Source of the DNA: an uncultured virus (IMG/VR IMGVR_UViG_3300024302_000003)
Taxonomy: Duplodnaviria; Heunggongvirae; Uroviricota; Caudoviricetes
Direction: 5' to 3' (one strand)
DNA: 57,660 nucleotides
IMG/VR virus record: IMGVR_UViG_3300024302_000003
Positions 48,532 through 57,660 of the stretch are shown in pieces. Position 1 is the stretch's first letter. Each line of letters opens with the position of its first letter. The notes beneath the pieces were generated by a model. That model ran no database searches. It had not been told where the DNA came from and was given only the letters and a program-made list of their open reading frames with translations. Made by a program: the position numbers and the translations under genes.

Positions 48532-49242
48532 CTAGTCTCTCGCTATCTCTCCAACGGCGAAAGCACTTGAAAGCTTATCCCCTATTTTATTTTTTATATG
48601 ACTTATTTGAGCAGGAGATACATTTAATTCTTTAGCTAATTCCCCAGCTTTCTTTTTTTGCGCTCCCTTGAAGCCAGTCGAACCATCAAACACAATGATC
48701 TCTTTTGGTGTCATATCAAATGTACGTGTATAGTCTACATAGTCTTCTATTAATGTGGAGGTATGTTTGCCAGCATCAAAACCCATGTCTATCTGCACAT
48801 CTTTTATTTGAGGTAGAATTCTGTTTACTTGGTGCTCTGACATTTTTAACTCAGCTGACATTTCTGGTATGCTCGGCTCTCTGTTTAACTTATTCCTAAG
48901 CTTACTCTGCGCTTCTTTAAATTTACTAACCAGCCCAAAAACCTCTTCACTCTGTCTGATAGTATGTCCATATGTATTTACGTAACGACTCATCTTACGC
49001 AAATAGTTAAATAAGTGGGTGCTAAAGGCGGCTCCTGCCATAGGGTTGTAATTATCGATAGCTTTTATAACTTGAGCTATGCCTTCGCTTTCTATAGCTG
49101 TTTTCGGGATAATAGTACCAGAGCCAAATCTTAAATTAATCTGTGATTTGATCATAGGCATATACCTCTTAACAAGCTCATTTCTTGCTTGAATATCGCC
49201 TTGTTCTTTAAAGCGTGAAATTAGTTCTATATCTGTTGTCAT
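48532..49242 (-). CDS. Sigma-70 family RNA polymerase sigma factor (FliA/WhiG/SigF-like size)
   Basis: ARNELVKRY, KAIDNYNP..GAAFSTH (region 2), LNREPSIPEMSAEL (region 3), ELAKELNVSPAQIS (region 4 HTH). Confidence 0.9.
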   Translation of the reverse strand: MTTDIELISRFKEQGDIQARNELVKRYMPMIKSQINLRFGSGTIIPKTAIESEGIAQVIKAIDNYNPMAGAAFSTHLFNYLRKMSRYVNTYGHTIRQSEEVFGLVSKFKEAQSKLRNKLNREPSIPEMSAELKMSEHQVNRILPQIKDVQIDMGFDAGKHTSTLIEDYVDYTRTFDMTPKEIIVFDGSTGFKGAQKKKAGELAKELNVSPAQISHIKNKIGDKLSSAFAVGEIARD

Positions 49243-51392
49243 CTATCTAAACCTTGCTCTTCACTTAGTGTTTTTGGTGTTATTTCTTCCGAGACCAAAG
49301 AAACTAAAGAATTTTCAATATTTACTCTTTTGGATAGATAAGGAGCAGTTCCTCTATTATTAATATCCTCGGCTAATTTTTCTGCAACTTTTCTCCGTAT
49401 AAAAAGCGAAGCAAAAGCAGGGTTTGAACTAGTTACATCAAACCAATAACCTCTTCTAGTATAAGCATGTTTATCGCCTTTCCAAGCTACATTATCCCTT
49501 TTCTTGGCGGCCAATACAGGCTTTCTGCCTCCATTTAATCGTAAATATTCCACTAAGGCATCTTGGGATAAGCCTGCCTCTCGCACTCGTTTCATTATGA
49601 TCTCTAAACCAGTTAACCTGTCAATACCTTCGTCTATCTTCGATGTTTTTGGGTTCGTCTTCTCACCGGAAGCTTCTTTTAATCTTTTAAGTATATCTGG
49701 TTTATTTTTCTCTAATATAATTTTTTCCTCTAACCTATTCTCAGCTCCCAGTTCTTTTAACAAAGAATCAATCAGAGAGGGGAGTTCGATAGATAAATCT
49801 TTATCTCCCTTTTCTTGAGCAGTCTGGCTAAGTATAGTTTGGCTGAAGCAGAAGTCAAAGAAAGATGGACCGAACCCTTGCGATAAATACTGCTTACCTA
49901 TTTCTCTTTGGCTTATCTGTTTCTCAACACCGTTTGCACTTCTTAAGTCAGGGTTAAGATAATCTAGAGGTGTTAAAGCGTGTGTGCCTTGTATAGAAGT
50001 TGAGGCTGAAGAGGGAGAAAAACTATGTGAAACAGAGGCCACATAAGCAAAATAAGGTTGGTCTTGATCCAATACCGCCATAGTAAACCCAGGTACCACT
50101 GAAGGGTTAAATACAGTGGATACTGTACATCTATGCTCTTGATACTTTCTATTCAAATAAAATAAATTAGCATACTTTGAAATGTATGTCCTTGTTTTAT
50201 CGAAAGATGCATCCGTCGCTAGCATACTATAGAAGGGAGGCAGCACCTGATAAAAACCTTTTGGAGTTAAAAACCACTCATTATTACCATATGCTTTATC
50301 TAATTGGGTTGAATCTACTGTAAACTCTAGAGCTTTTTCGGTATCAAATTCATTGAAAAGAGAATCTGGAGCAGGATATAAGTAAGCAGAATAGGCCGTA
50401 TCTCCTTTAGTGTGTACACTAGGGGCTACCAAAGAAGCACGTGTTATCTCATGTTCATAGTTTATAGATATATTAGAGTCTAATATAGCATCCGGCAATA
50501 GGATATTACAAGCAGGAGGGGAGAGGAACGCGGAAGAAGGCGCTAAGGTGTAACGAACTGAATTTTCCATCGAAGTTTCTTCGATTGTTCTTAAGTGCGG
50601 TACTCCTATATCAGTCAAGTTGAAATTAAAATTGTTATACAATGAAACCATAAAAGTATAATAATCAGCCGAACTAGTTCCATCTCCGCCAAAAGCGAGC
50701 TTCTGAATAAAGGTAGTGAAATTAGTACTTTTCCTGAAATCTGCCCATTCTTGGTCTCTGTCGAGCATATCGATAATAGCAAAAGAATCTAAATAACCAT
50801 ATAATTGTTCATGCACCTGTACCGTAGTAGGTGTATTATTTATATTATTAGCTCTAATCCCTTCAGCGATTTCATCGTGTAAGCAGGCAGGGAAAGGTTT
50901 GTCGCCTCCTATTACCTCGAGAAGGCGTTTACTTTGAGAATCAGCGCCAGGTACCTCAGCAGCTTTCACGCTATAGATGGCTATATGTTTTTCTCCTCGA
51001 TTATCGGGAGCCAAGTGTAGCTGCGCTGCAGAGGTAATCGGAGCGCTTTTATTTGTTTGTACATATTTTCTATAGCGCTTCAAAGCTGATAAAGGTGACG
51101 ATAACATTAAAGTACAAGTTTTACTTGAAGAGTTTCCTCCAATACGCATAGAGACCATTTCGCCATCAAATAAAACATATTCTCTTATTTGATTATTAAG
51201 GTCTTTATCGTCTGCGTATCCATAGGTTATAGTAACAATAGTTCTTGGGCGCAATTGAGTAGCATATCTTGAAAAAGGTATTATCACTGAAGCTGCAGAT
51301 AGAGCCCCCGCTTGTGCTGACATATTCCCTCCTATGAAAGCAATTTCTTTGCCTTCTATATACACCTTAAAGATAAGTTTGCGTGTTTTCAT
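49239..51392 (-). CDS. Putative baseplate hub (gp27/GpD-like)
   Basis: KVYIEGKEI, VLFDGE, PPACNILLP, FNPSVVPG...YVASVSHSF; position after the tape measure. Confidence 0.55.
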   Translation of the reverse strand: MKTRKLIFKVYIEGKEIAFIGGNMSAQAGALSAASVIIPFSRYATQLRPRTIVTITYGYADDKDLNNQIREYVLFDGEMVSMRIGGNSSSKTCTLMLSSPLSALKRYRKYVQTNKSAPITSAAQLHLAPDNRGEKHIAIYSVKAAEVPGADSQSKRLLEVIGGDKPFPACLHDEIAEGIRANNINNTPTTVQVHEQLYGYLDSFAIIDMLDRDQEWADFRKSTNFTTFIQKLAFGGDGTSSADYYTFMVSLYNNFNFNLTDIGVPHLRTIEETSMENSVRYTLAPSSAFLSPPACNILLPDAILDSNISINYEHEITRASLVAPSVHTKGDTAYSAYLYPAPDSLFNEFDTEKALEFTVDSTQLDKAYGNNEWFLTPKGFYQVLPPFYSMLATDASFDKTRTYISKYANLFYLNRKYQEHRCTVSTVFNPSVVPGFTMAVLDQDQPYFAYVASVSHSFSPSSASTSIQGTHALTPLDYLNPDLRSANGVEKQISQREIGKQYLSQGFGPSFFDFCFSQTILSQTAQEKGDKDLSIELPSLIDSLLKELGAENRLEEKIILEKNKPDILKRLKEASGEKTNPKTSKIDEGIDRLTGLEIIMKRVREAGLSQDALVEYLRLNGGRKPVLAAKKRDNVAWKGDKHAYTRRGYWFDVTSSNPAFASLFIRRKVAEKLAEDINNRGTAPYLSKRVNIENSLVSLVSEEITPKTLSEEQGLDR

Positions 51393-52171
51393 GCCTCAAA
51401 AAGAAATCTAACCTTCTGATCTGGAGTAGTCATAAAAGCTCCCTCATTAAGGGCCTCGTTCCCTAGCGCTCTTGTAGCAGAATCAACAATAGGTTTTGCT
51501 GTTAAAGAGTCTGCTTTATGATATAAGCCCGATTTCTTGACTAACATTGATAGAGTAAAAGGAACAGAACCTAATGTAGCTAATGTAGACGAGAAGTTTA
51601 ATAAGTAACCCTGCGCCCATCTCCAGTCATAGTTGAGTCTTACCTGTAACCCATACTCAGCACACTTGCTTCCTTTTAATAGATTCTCATAAGCGTATTT
51701 AAAATTATCAAACCAATTAGCGTCTGATGTGAGGTCAGGGGTAACCCCACTTGAATTATCTGTGGCTAAATCAGTTTTGGTTGTCTTTAAGTGGAATAAA
51801 TTCCCAGAAAATTGATATACGCGGGGCTGTTCTCCAAAAAAATTAACATGCACATCTTCTCCACCTGTTTTTGGGGAAAATGTTTTCATTATTTGGGTAG
51901 TTTCTGCTACGCTTTCTTGTATCTGCGTAAAAGTAATACGATGAGTAGAGAAAACTAAACCTGGTTTAGTGGTACCTCCTTTCATATTATAAACAGCTAT
52001 AGAAGGCATGAAGTCTGCGAAAAGCGATTTATGCTCATTTTTATCTCGTCTTCTTTGACCTGCCTTGGATGAGACTAAACCAGCAGAGCCTTTATCTGAT
52101 TGCTCGTCTAAAGGAGTGACTACTCTTTTAGCGTAAACATCGTCATAAAAATTAGAGTTTTCATTACTCAT
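51389..52171 (-). CDS. Putative tail-tube-initiator-like protein
   Basis: QIMKTF...FFGEQPRVYQFSG...GYLLNF; position in the operon. Confidence 0.5.
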   Translation of the reverse strand: MSNENSNFYDDVYAKRVVTPLDEQSDKGSAGLVSSKAGQRRRDKNEHKSLFADFMPSIAVYNMKGGTTKPGLVFSTHRITFTQIQESVAETTQIMKTFSPKTGGEDVHVNFFGEQPRVYQFSGNLFHLKTTKTDLATDNSSGVTPDLTSDANWFDNFKYAYENLLKGSKCAEYGLQVRLNYDWRWAQGYLLNFSSTLATLGSVPFTLSMLVKKSGLYHKADSLTAKPIVDSATRALGNEALNEGAFMTTPDQKVRFLFEA

Positions 52172-52595
52172 TTGGTTTTACTCCTTTGATTTGAGCTAAA
52201 CGTAATGTCTCTAACTCATTCAGGTGTTTTATATAACTAGCATATATAATAGTATAGTAATCAGTAGCGATCAAAGGAGCTTTTCCGCCTCTCTCAGCGC
52301 TTTCTGCCTTAATCTGCTTGATAGAATCGAGTAGTTTATTTGTATTAGCTTTTTCAGTTAGAAAAGCATGTTTATTAGCATCAACAACGTTATGGATATC
52401 ATCTGGATCATGCATCCGTCTTAGCAAGACAGGAAGGGATAAACCCATTTTATCTGCCTTCTGTCTAATAGTTATAATATTTGCCACCGTTGCAATCGGG
52501 AAAGCAACTGTTTTCTTTTCGGTTTCAATAGCAGAGACTTCTTGTGCTGCCTTTGCGCGTGTTGAAAAATAAATTAAATTATGTTCTAAAGCCAT
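52164..52595 (-). CDS. Hypothetical protein
   Basis: Coupled to the tape measure gene (TAATG). Confidence 0.7.
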   Translation of the reverse strand: MALEHNLIYFSTRAKAAQEVSAIETEKKTVAFPIATVANIITIRQKADKMGLSLPVLLRRMHDPDDIHNVVDANKHAFLTEKANTNKLLDSIKQIKAESAERGGKAPLIATDYYTIIYASYIKHLNELETLRLAQIKGVKPNE

Positions 52596-54934
52596 TATTG
52601 TACATTTCCTGCTAGTTCGTCCTCTCTATATAGCCGCGCCATTTCATTAGCAGCATCGCCTATAGTTGACATTAAGGAGGCGTATTTGTCACTTGCAGCT
52701 CCACCAATGTTAAAATTTGTTGCTATTTTAGTTTTAGCTTCTGAGCTTATTCCTGATTGAGCAGTAAAATCGTTGATTAGTTCTGCGAGGGCTTTAAGGG
52801 CTTTTTCCTGGTCTTCTCCGCCCCTTCCACTCGATATATGCTTCCCTATGTTTCCTGACATCTGTATAAGCTCCTTTTCGCTTAGCTTTGTTATATCATA
52901 ATCAAACTGGGTGATTAGCTTTTGTAAAATAGGAGCCTTTAGATCTCCGTCTGCTAGATTCTCTGCTAGAGAATCTCGTGTAAAGAGATCAACGAAAGGG
53001 TCAAGGATTGCTTGAGATGTAAGATTAATCGCCCTAAATATATTACCTTTCTCATAGGCGTCGCCTATAGCTTCATTATATTGCCCAAAGGTATAATCAT
53101 TATCACCTAAGCGATCAAACCAGCCTCTGTCAGTAGATACATAGTTATTGTCGGCATCTTTATAACCCTCTCTGCCGCTCAGCGCCGCCCTTAAGCGTTG
53201 TTGAGTGGGTCCTATAACCGCATCGCTTACTTTTGTTCCATCATGTAATTCCCAAGGTTTTGCCGAGCTCCTAATATGACGCCCGCCCCATCCTGCTGTT
53301 AATATAAATTCACCCCAATCTGTATATTCTTCGTTCGCATCATACAGGTTTTGTGCCTTAAGCTCACTTCTTAGATCTATTTCTCTAGTGAATAGACCTC
53401 CACTCTCTGCTGCTTTTCTATTATGATGTATATTTTTAGCTTGTCTTACAGCAGCTCGTCCAGCATCTGTATTTACTCCTAAATCAAAAGCTAACTCTTC
53501 CACAGATTTACTTGCAAATTCTGGTGTATTCAAAAGTGCCATTGCTGCTTCTACCGGATCACTCGCTAGTTTATTTCTTTCATATTCAAAAGCTATCCAA
53601 TCTCTCTTGCCTCCTCTAGTTAAGGCCTCAGATTGACTTAAGGCTGAGCCTGCGCCTACTACGTTAGCTAGAGCAGCCCTGTCCATAGCATAGGAACCTT
53701 CTCCGGAGCGATCCATTCCACCAAAAGTTTGATTAAAATTAGCTACTGCCATGTCTGCATTATATGCGCCCGCTAAAGACCCCATAGTGAGCGCAGAGGT
53801 TGAAGAGGCTATTTGTGCCGTATTAAAAGCCCTTTGGGAAGAGAAGTTTGCTCCATAAGTTTGGAAGCCTTCTTGAGCTGCTTGTACAATTGAGCCCATC
53901 CAAGCATTAGCGTGTTTTGTATTTCGACCATCGAAAGTTTTCCCGCCAAGAGCAGACATAGCTTGGAGCGCTGTTAGTTGCGCACTATCATTAAAGGCAC
54001 CAGTTGGAGCAAAAGAATTAACAAGCTGACTAGCAGAACCCATACCCATACCCGTTCTGGTCATCAGCTCATTCATAGCAAGCATACCTCCTTGTAAAGC
54101 GGCTACTGATTTATCTAATTGATCTTGATCCAGCAAAGCAGCGGCTGCGCGTATTCCAGTATAGTTTTCTCCGTTTACATTAATACCTTCTGACCATGCC
54201 TCGGCTAGATACGTCTTTTTATCGTGAAAAGGATTAAGATTTTTATTTAATCCCTGTCCTATACCAGCCCAAAAACCTCCCTCCATTGCTCCTTCAGCTT
54301 CATGCGCAGAATAACCCATTTTCTGTAATTGTGTAATATGCGTTAACCTATCAAGCCCTGGACCTATTAGAGCATCTGTCGCTTTGTTAATCCCAGACGC
54401 CATGGCCCAGCCAATCGGATTAAAACCTGTCCCTAGCCATGGTAAGACATCCAATACTCCTTTGGCTGTATCAGCAGCGAACATTTTTCCTGAGCCGCCA
54501 GAAAATAAACGCCCAAAATAAGCATTATCCTGTGACTCTATTTGCTGCGCAGACATAGAGCCACTTGCATAATTCGCGCCGAACAAGCGCCCTGCTTGTC
54601 TCTTTATGTTCCCCCATGCACCATCTTCTGGCATAGGGCCCATGGAAGAGCCTATCGCTTGTGTTAGCTGCGCGCCAGTGCGTAATGAGTCGGTGACCAT
54701 TCCGCCTGTATAGGCAACAGCCCCTTGCACGTCGCCTGCTAGCTGCTTAGCGGCTATACCTAACCCCCAGAAAAGGCTATCTTTATTAGTTGGGTGTCCG
54801 CCCGGATCTTCTTGAGATGAACCTGCCGATGGCGTTATCGCTGTGGCTACATTGCTTCGAATACTCGCTAACTCAGAGCCTAGATTTGATTGATCTAGTT
54901 CTACCTTTAGACGGAGAGTATCTTCTATAGCCAC
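52595..54934 (-). CDS. Tail tape measure protein
   Basis: Ala/Gly-rich helical 779 aa with N-terminal LRLKVELD; directly downstream of the frameshifted chaperone. Confidence 0.7.
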   Translation of the reverse strand: MAIEDTLRLKVELDQSNLGSELASIRSNVATAITPSAGSSQEDPGGHPTNKDSLFWGLGIAAKQLAGDVQGAVAYTGGMVTDSLRTGAQLTQAIGSSMGPMPEDGAWGNIKRQAGRLFGANYASGSMSAQQIESQDNAYFGRLFSGGSGKMFAADTAKGVLDVLPWLGTGFNPIGWAMASGINKATDALIGPGLDRLTHITQLQKMGYSAHEAEGAMEGGFWAGIGQGLNKNLNPFHDKKTYLAEAWSEGINVNGENYTGIRAAAALLDQDQLDKSVAALQGGMLAMNELMTRTGMGMGSASQLVNSFAPTGAFNDSAQLTALQAMSALGGKTFDGRNTKHANAWMGSIVQAAQEGFQTYGANFSSQRAFNTAQIASSTSALTMGSLAGAYNADMAVANFNQTFGGMDRSGEGSYAMDRAALANVVGAGSALSQSEALTRGGKRDWIAFEYERNKLASDPVEAAMALLNTPEFASKSVEELAFDLGVNTDAGRAAVRQAKNIHHNRKAAESGGLFTREIDLRSELKAQNLYDANEEYTDWGEFILTAGWGGRHIRSSAKPWELHDGTKVSDAVIGPTQQRLRAALSGREGYKDADNNYVSTDRGWFDRLGDNDYTFGQYNEAIGDAYEKGNIFRAINLTSQAILDPFVDLFTRDSLAENLADGDLKAPILQKLITQFDYDITKLSEKELIQMSGNIGKHISSGRGGEDQEKALKALAELINDFTAQSGISSEAKTKIATNFNIGGAASDKYASLMSTIGDAANEMARLYREDELAGNVQ

Positions 54935-54962
54935 TATATATGATTATACATGTTTTTTGCAA

Positions 54963-55771
54963 TCATTCTTTTTCAGCTTCAAAATCAGTCCTCATTGAGT
55001 AATTACCTTTAGATGTTTCATCTACAATAAAAGGTTTTCCAATATGCTTATCTAGTCTATTATGGGCCCGCTCGACAAATGAAGACTGCGCTGTATCCTG
55101 TTCTGGGTAAAGAACTTGAATGTATTCATCTAAAAGATCTTTTATCTTCTTCGCATCGGCCCCTAATGCGGATAAAGCCAAAAGCATAAGCTCATAAAGC
55201 TTTGCTTCGCGTTCTAAATTATATATATTTAAAAGAAAAGATTCTTCTAGTGATCCAAATTTAGTATCGATGCCTTTTAATTTTAAGGCCCCTCTGGCAT
55301 ATAGTCGAGGAACCTTTAGGAGTTTTTTGGGTCTGTTTCTTTGATTAACAAACCTACTTTATCTTCGAACTGTATATAAAGAGCAAATAACTTATTGAAA
55401 ATAAAAGTACTTGTTCTTTTTAAAGCTTCTTCTTTCCCTGCCGAATCTAACTCTGAAAAATCCCATTGGGTCGTTTTATCAGCGCCTTCTTTAATAAAAA
55501 CATACTGTACACTTATAGCAAGATATTTTAAATAACGAGCATTCCTAGCTGCTCTATGATCTTCTGTACCATTCATAGCTACAACAAGTGTATCTACTTT
55601 CTGCACTTCTTCCGTAGTGAGTGATCTAAACTTAACTTCAAAGCGTGCTTCTTTTATTACATCTTCCACATAACCTTTTATAAGGAGATGTGAGATGTTC
55701 ATTGTAGTATCTTCTTCCTGTACCTGCTGAGGCTCAGTGGGGTTTGAATTAATTCCTGGGATAGCGGCCAT
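54963..55771 (-). CDS. Tail assembly chaperone GT-type fusion via -1 frameshift (about 269 aa)
   Basis: In-frame A AAA AAC at 55328-55322; the -1 frame is open (LLKVPRLYARG...) into ORF 55187-54963. Confidence 0.75.
55316..55771 (-). CDS. Tail assembly chaperone (G-type)
   Basis: VKFRSLTTEE motif; ends PKNS* over the slippery site. Confidence 0.75.
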   Translation of the reverse strand: MAAIPGINSNPTEPQQVQEEDTTMNISHLLIKGYVEDVIKEARFEVKFRSLTTEEVQKVDTLVVAMNGTEDHRAARNARYLKYLAISVQYVFIKEGADKTTQWDFSELDSAGKEEALKRTSTFIFNKLFALYIQFEDKVGLLIKETDPKNS

Positions 55772-55807
55772 GACGTAAGTATACAGAAAGATAAACGTAA
55801 AAGCAAT

Positions 55808-55840
55808 AAAAAAGAGGGATTAAGATAACTTAATCCCTCT
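55808..55840 (-). terminator. Intrinsic terminator after nrdJ
   Basis: 12-bp stem agagggattaag/cttaatccctct with a T-run on the - strand. Confidence 0.8.
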
Positions 55841-55859
55841 AAACCCAAAACATACATGA

Positions 55860-57659
55860 CTATAATTCACATATTCCATTTTTGCAGGAGTCCACAAATT
55901 CAACCTGCGCTTCTATTTTACCGTCCTTCCTTAACTTGTCTAAATTGATATCTTTTAAACTCAAGGCTTCCAGGGGTTCATTGCCCCTTGAGCCTGCTTT
56001 ATAGAAGGTAAAACCTTTAATGTCAGAAGCAAAAGTTAATAACTCGTTATAAAGAGTATCTGGAGTAAAATCAGCGGGTAAGTTACACGTTTTAGATACA
56101 GCAGAGTCAATATATTTCTGCACAGTAGCTTGCATTTTAATATGCTCTTCTGGGGATACATCATAAGCGCCTACGATATGCTCTACGGACTTATTCTTAC
56201 TTAATAGATCATCGAATAAAGGATCGAGCACAATTGTCTCATTCCAAACATTCTCGCTTCCTGTACGCCACCGTCTTTTGTAAACAGGAGCAAAGATAGG
56301 CTCTAAACCTGTTGAAACGCCGAGCACCATACTTATTGTACCAGTAGGTGCAACAGTAAGAAGGACAGCATTGCGTAGCCCATTCTTTTTAATGTCTGAA
56401 CGTATATGGGAAGGAAGTGTCTTGAAAAACTTTTCATTTTTTAATTTTGTCCATTCGTATTCTGGAAAACTGCCTCGCTCTTTCGCAAGGCGCATCGAGG
56501 CTTTATAGGCTTCATTTCTAATCGTATCAAATAACCTAGCTACTTCTTCTAGACATTCTTCTGAGCCATATTTATAACCGGTTTTAATTAAGAAGTAATG
56601 TAATCCTGTAACACCTAAACCTATTCTGCGCGACCTGCTTCCAGCTTCGCTACACTCTGGAATAGGGAAGTGATTCGCCGTGAGTACATTATCTAGAAAA
56701 CGTACACCTACTTTAATGGTGCGTTTTAAGCGCCCCCAATCTACTTTTCCATCTTCCATTACCATATTAGCTAAGTTAACGTGACCGAGACAGCAGTTTC
56801 CGTAAGCAGGCAGAACTTCCTCCCCACATGGGTTAGTGGAAGGCATGTACTCAAAATAAGAAACATTAGTGTACTCATTGGCGAAATCAATATTAAAGAT
56901 CCCGGGCTCCCCGGATTCAACAGCGTTATCCACGATACGCTGCCAAAGTTCTCTAGCCATTATCTCTTTTTTTGTTACGCCTTCAAAGGTATCTCCAAAA
57001 TGCTTAAGGTGGTGAGTGCTGGCTCTTCCAATTGCGTCTTCTTCGTTCTTAGCAACGATTTCTATGGTATCGTTACCTCCCTCCGACTGGCGCTGAATTT
57101 CATACATAAAATACTTATTCTGCCTACCACCAAAAGTAAAATACCATTCCTCATCTTTTTCAACGGCTTCAATAAATCGATTGGTGATACCTACTGAGAT
57201 ATTAAAATTATTCAGTTCATCACGGTCGAGCTTAACATGCAAAAACTCCAAGAAATCTGGGTGGTGTACATTAAGAATAGACATTAAGGCCGTACGTCTA
57301 TTCTTTCCAGCTCTAACATGGTTACCTATCTCATTAATCATGCGCATTACTGAAATAGAGCCAGGAGCAGAGTTACGTATGTTCTGGATATCATCCCCTT
57401 TAGGGCGAATCTTAGAGAAGTTGAAGCCTATGCCACCTCCTCCACAGGATATCTTATACATGTCTGAAACTGTTTTACCTATACTCTCCACCGAGTCTTC
57501 TGGATCGAGTACGTAACAGTTTAGTAAATTCTGGTTACTACGTCCCGATCCAAAAAGAATCCTACCTCCAGGACAAAAGTCACCTGCGTTTATAGTTTCG
57601 TAGAATTTTTGCTGTATTTTTTCCCTATCTTCTGGGAACTCTGGATCGGCTGCCGTGCG
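55860..57659 (-). CDS. nrdJ: Ribonucleotide reductase, probably class II (B12-dependent); 5' end outside the window
   Basis: Frame open to the window edge (FCPGGRIL...LLNCYV); TNPCGE, RRIGLG, APTGTIS; single Tyr in FYKAGSR; C-terminal CKNGIC. Confidence 0.85.
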   Translation of the reverse strand, partial: RTAADPEFPEDREKIQQKFYETINAGDFCPGGRILFGSGRSNQNLLNCYVLDPEDSVESIGKTVSDMYKISCGGGGIGFNFSKIRPKGDDIQNIRNSAPGSISVMRMINEIGNHVRAGKNRRTALMSILNVHHPDFLEFLHVKLDRDELNNFNISVGITNRFIEAVEKDEEWYFTFGGRQNKYFMYEIQRQSEGGNDTIEIVAKNEEDAIGRASTHHLKHFGDTFEGVTKKEIMARELWQRIVDNAVESGEPGIFNIDFANEYTNVSYFEYMPSTNPCGEEVLPAYGNCCLGHVNLANMVMEDGKVDWGRLKRTIKVGVRFLDNVLTANHFPIPECSEAGSRSRRIGLGVTGLHYFLIKTGYKYGSEECLEEVARLFDTIRNEAYKASMRLAKERGSFPEYEWTKLKNEKFFKTLPSHIRSDIKKNGLRNAVLLTVAPTGTISMVLGVSTGLEPIFAPVYKRRWRTGSENVWNETIVLDPLFDDLLSKNKSVEHIVGAYDVSPEEHIKMQATVQKYIDSAVSKTCNLPADFTPDTLYNELLTFASDIKGFTFYKAGSRGNEPLEALSLKDINLDKLRKDGKIEAQVEFVDSCKNGICEL

Positions 57660-57660
57660 A

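Noticed and set aside
34530..52572. Short + strand ORFs opposite the structural genes (other than 42238-43275)
   Set aside because: Antisense shadows
55860..57491. nrdJ start at 57491, or class I NrdA assignment
   Set aside because: The frame continues to the window edge with conserved motifs; the YY radical-transfer pair of class I is absent
1..57660. Alternative genetic code, tRNAs, inteins/introns, DGR or integrase
   Set aside because: All three stop codons end genes and coding density is high under the standard code; polA and nrdJ look uninterrupted; no RT, integrase or cloverleaf found by eye

Overview
The window looks like a 57.7-kb fragment of an AT-rich, large tailed (myovirus-like) phage genome; no capsid, terminase or integrase gene is recognisable. 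The + strand carries short early/middle-type ORFs, a GHKL/MORC ATPase fused to a PD-(D/E)xK nuclease, a T7-type family A DNA polymerase and a destabilase-like lysozyme. The - strand carries virion genes: a 5148-aa Ig/LamG giant, a 3135-aa glycosidase-like/baseplate/Ig giant, baseplate J- and gp25-like genes, a probable hub, a tape measure preceded by a -1 frameshifted G/GT chaperone, an embedded sigma factor and a partial class II ribonucleotide reductase. The most striking part is non-coding. Between 27.3 and 32 kb a repeated YTAAA-N16/17-GGYATAAA promoter-like motif precedes short units that usually open with a hairpin. One unit begins with an apparently complete pistol self-cleaving ribozyme (27692-27748) that would release a ~180-nt structured RNA. 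Two more ORF-free structured RNAs lie at ~28281-28435 (rod with central bubble, 6S-like) and ~31451-31609. Many genes appear leaderless (a -10 hexamer 5-9 nt before the start codon). All calls come from reading motifs by eye; no searches were run.
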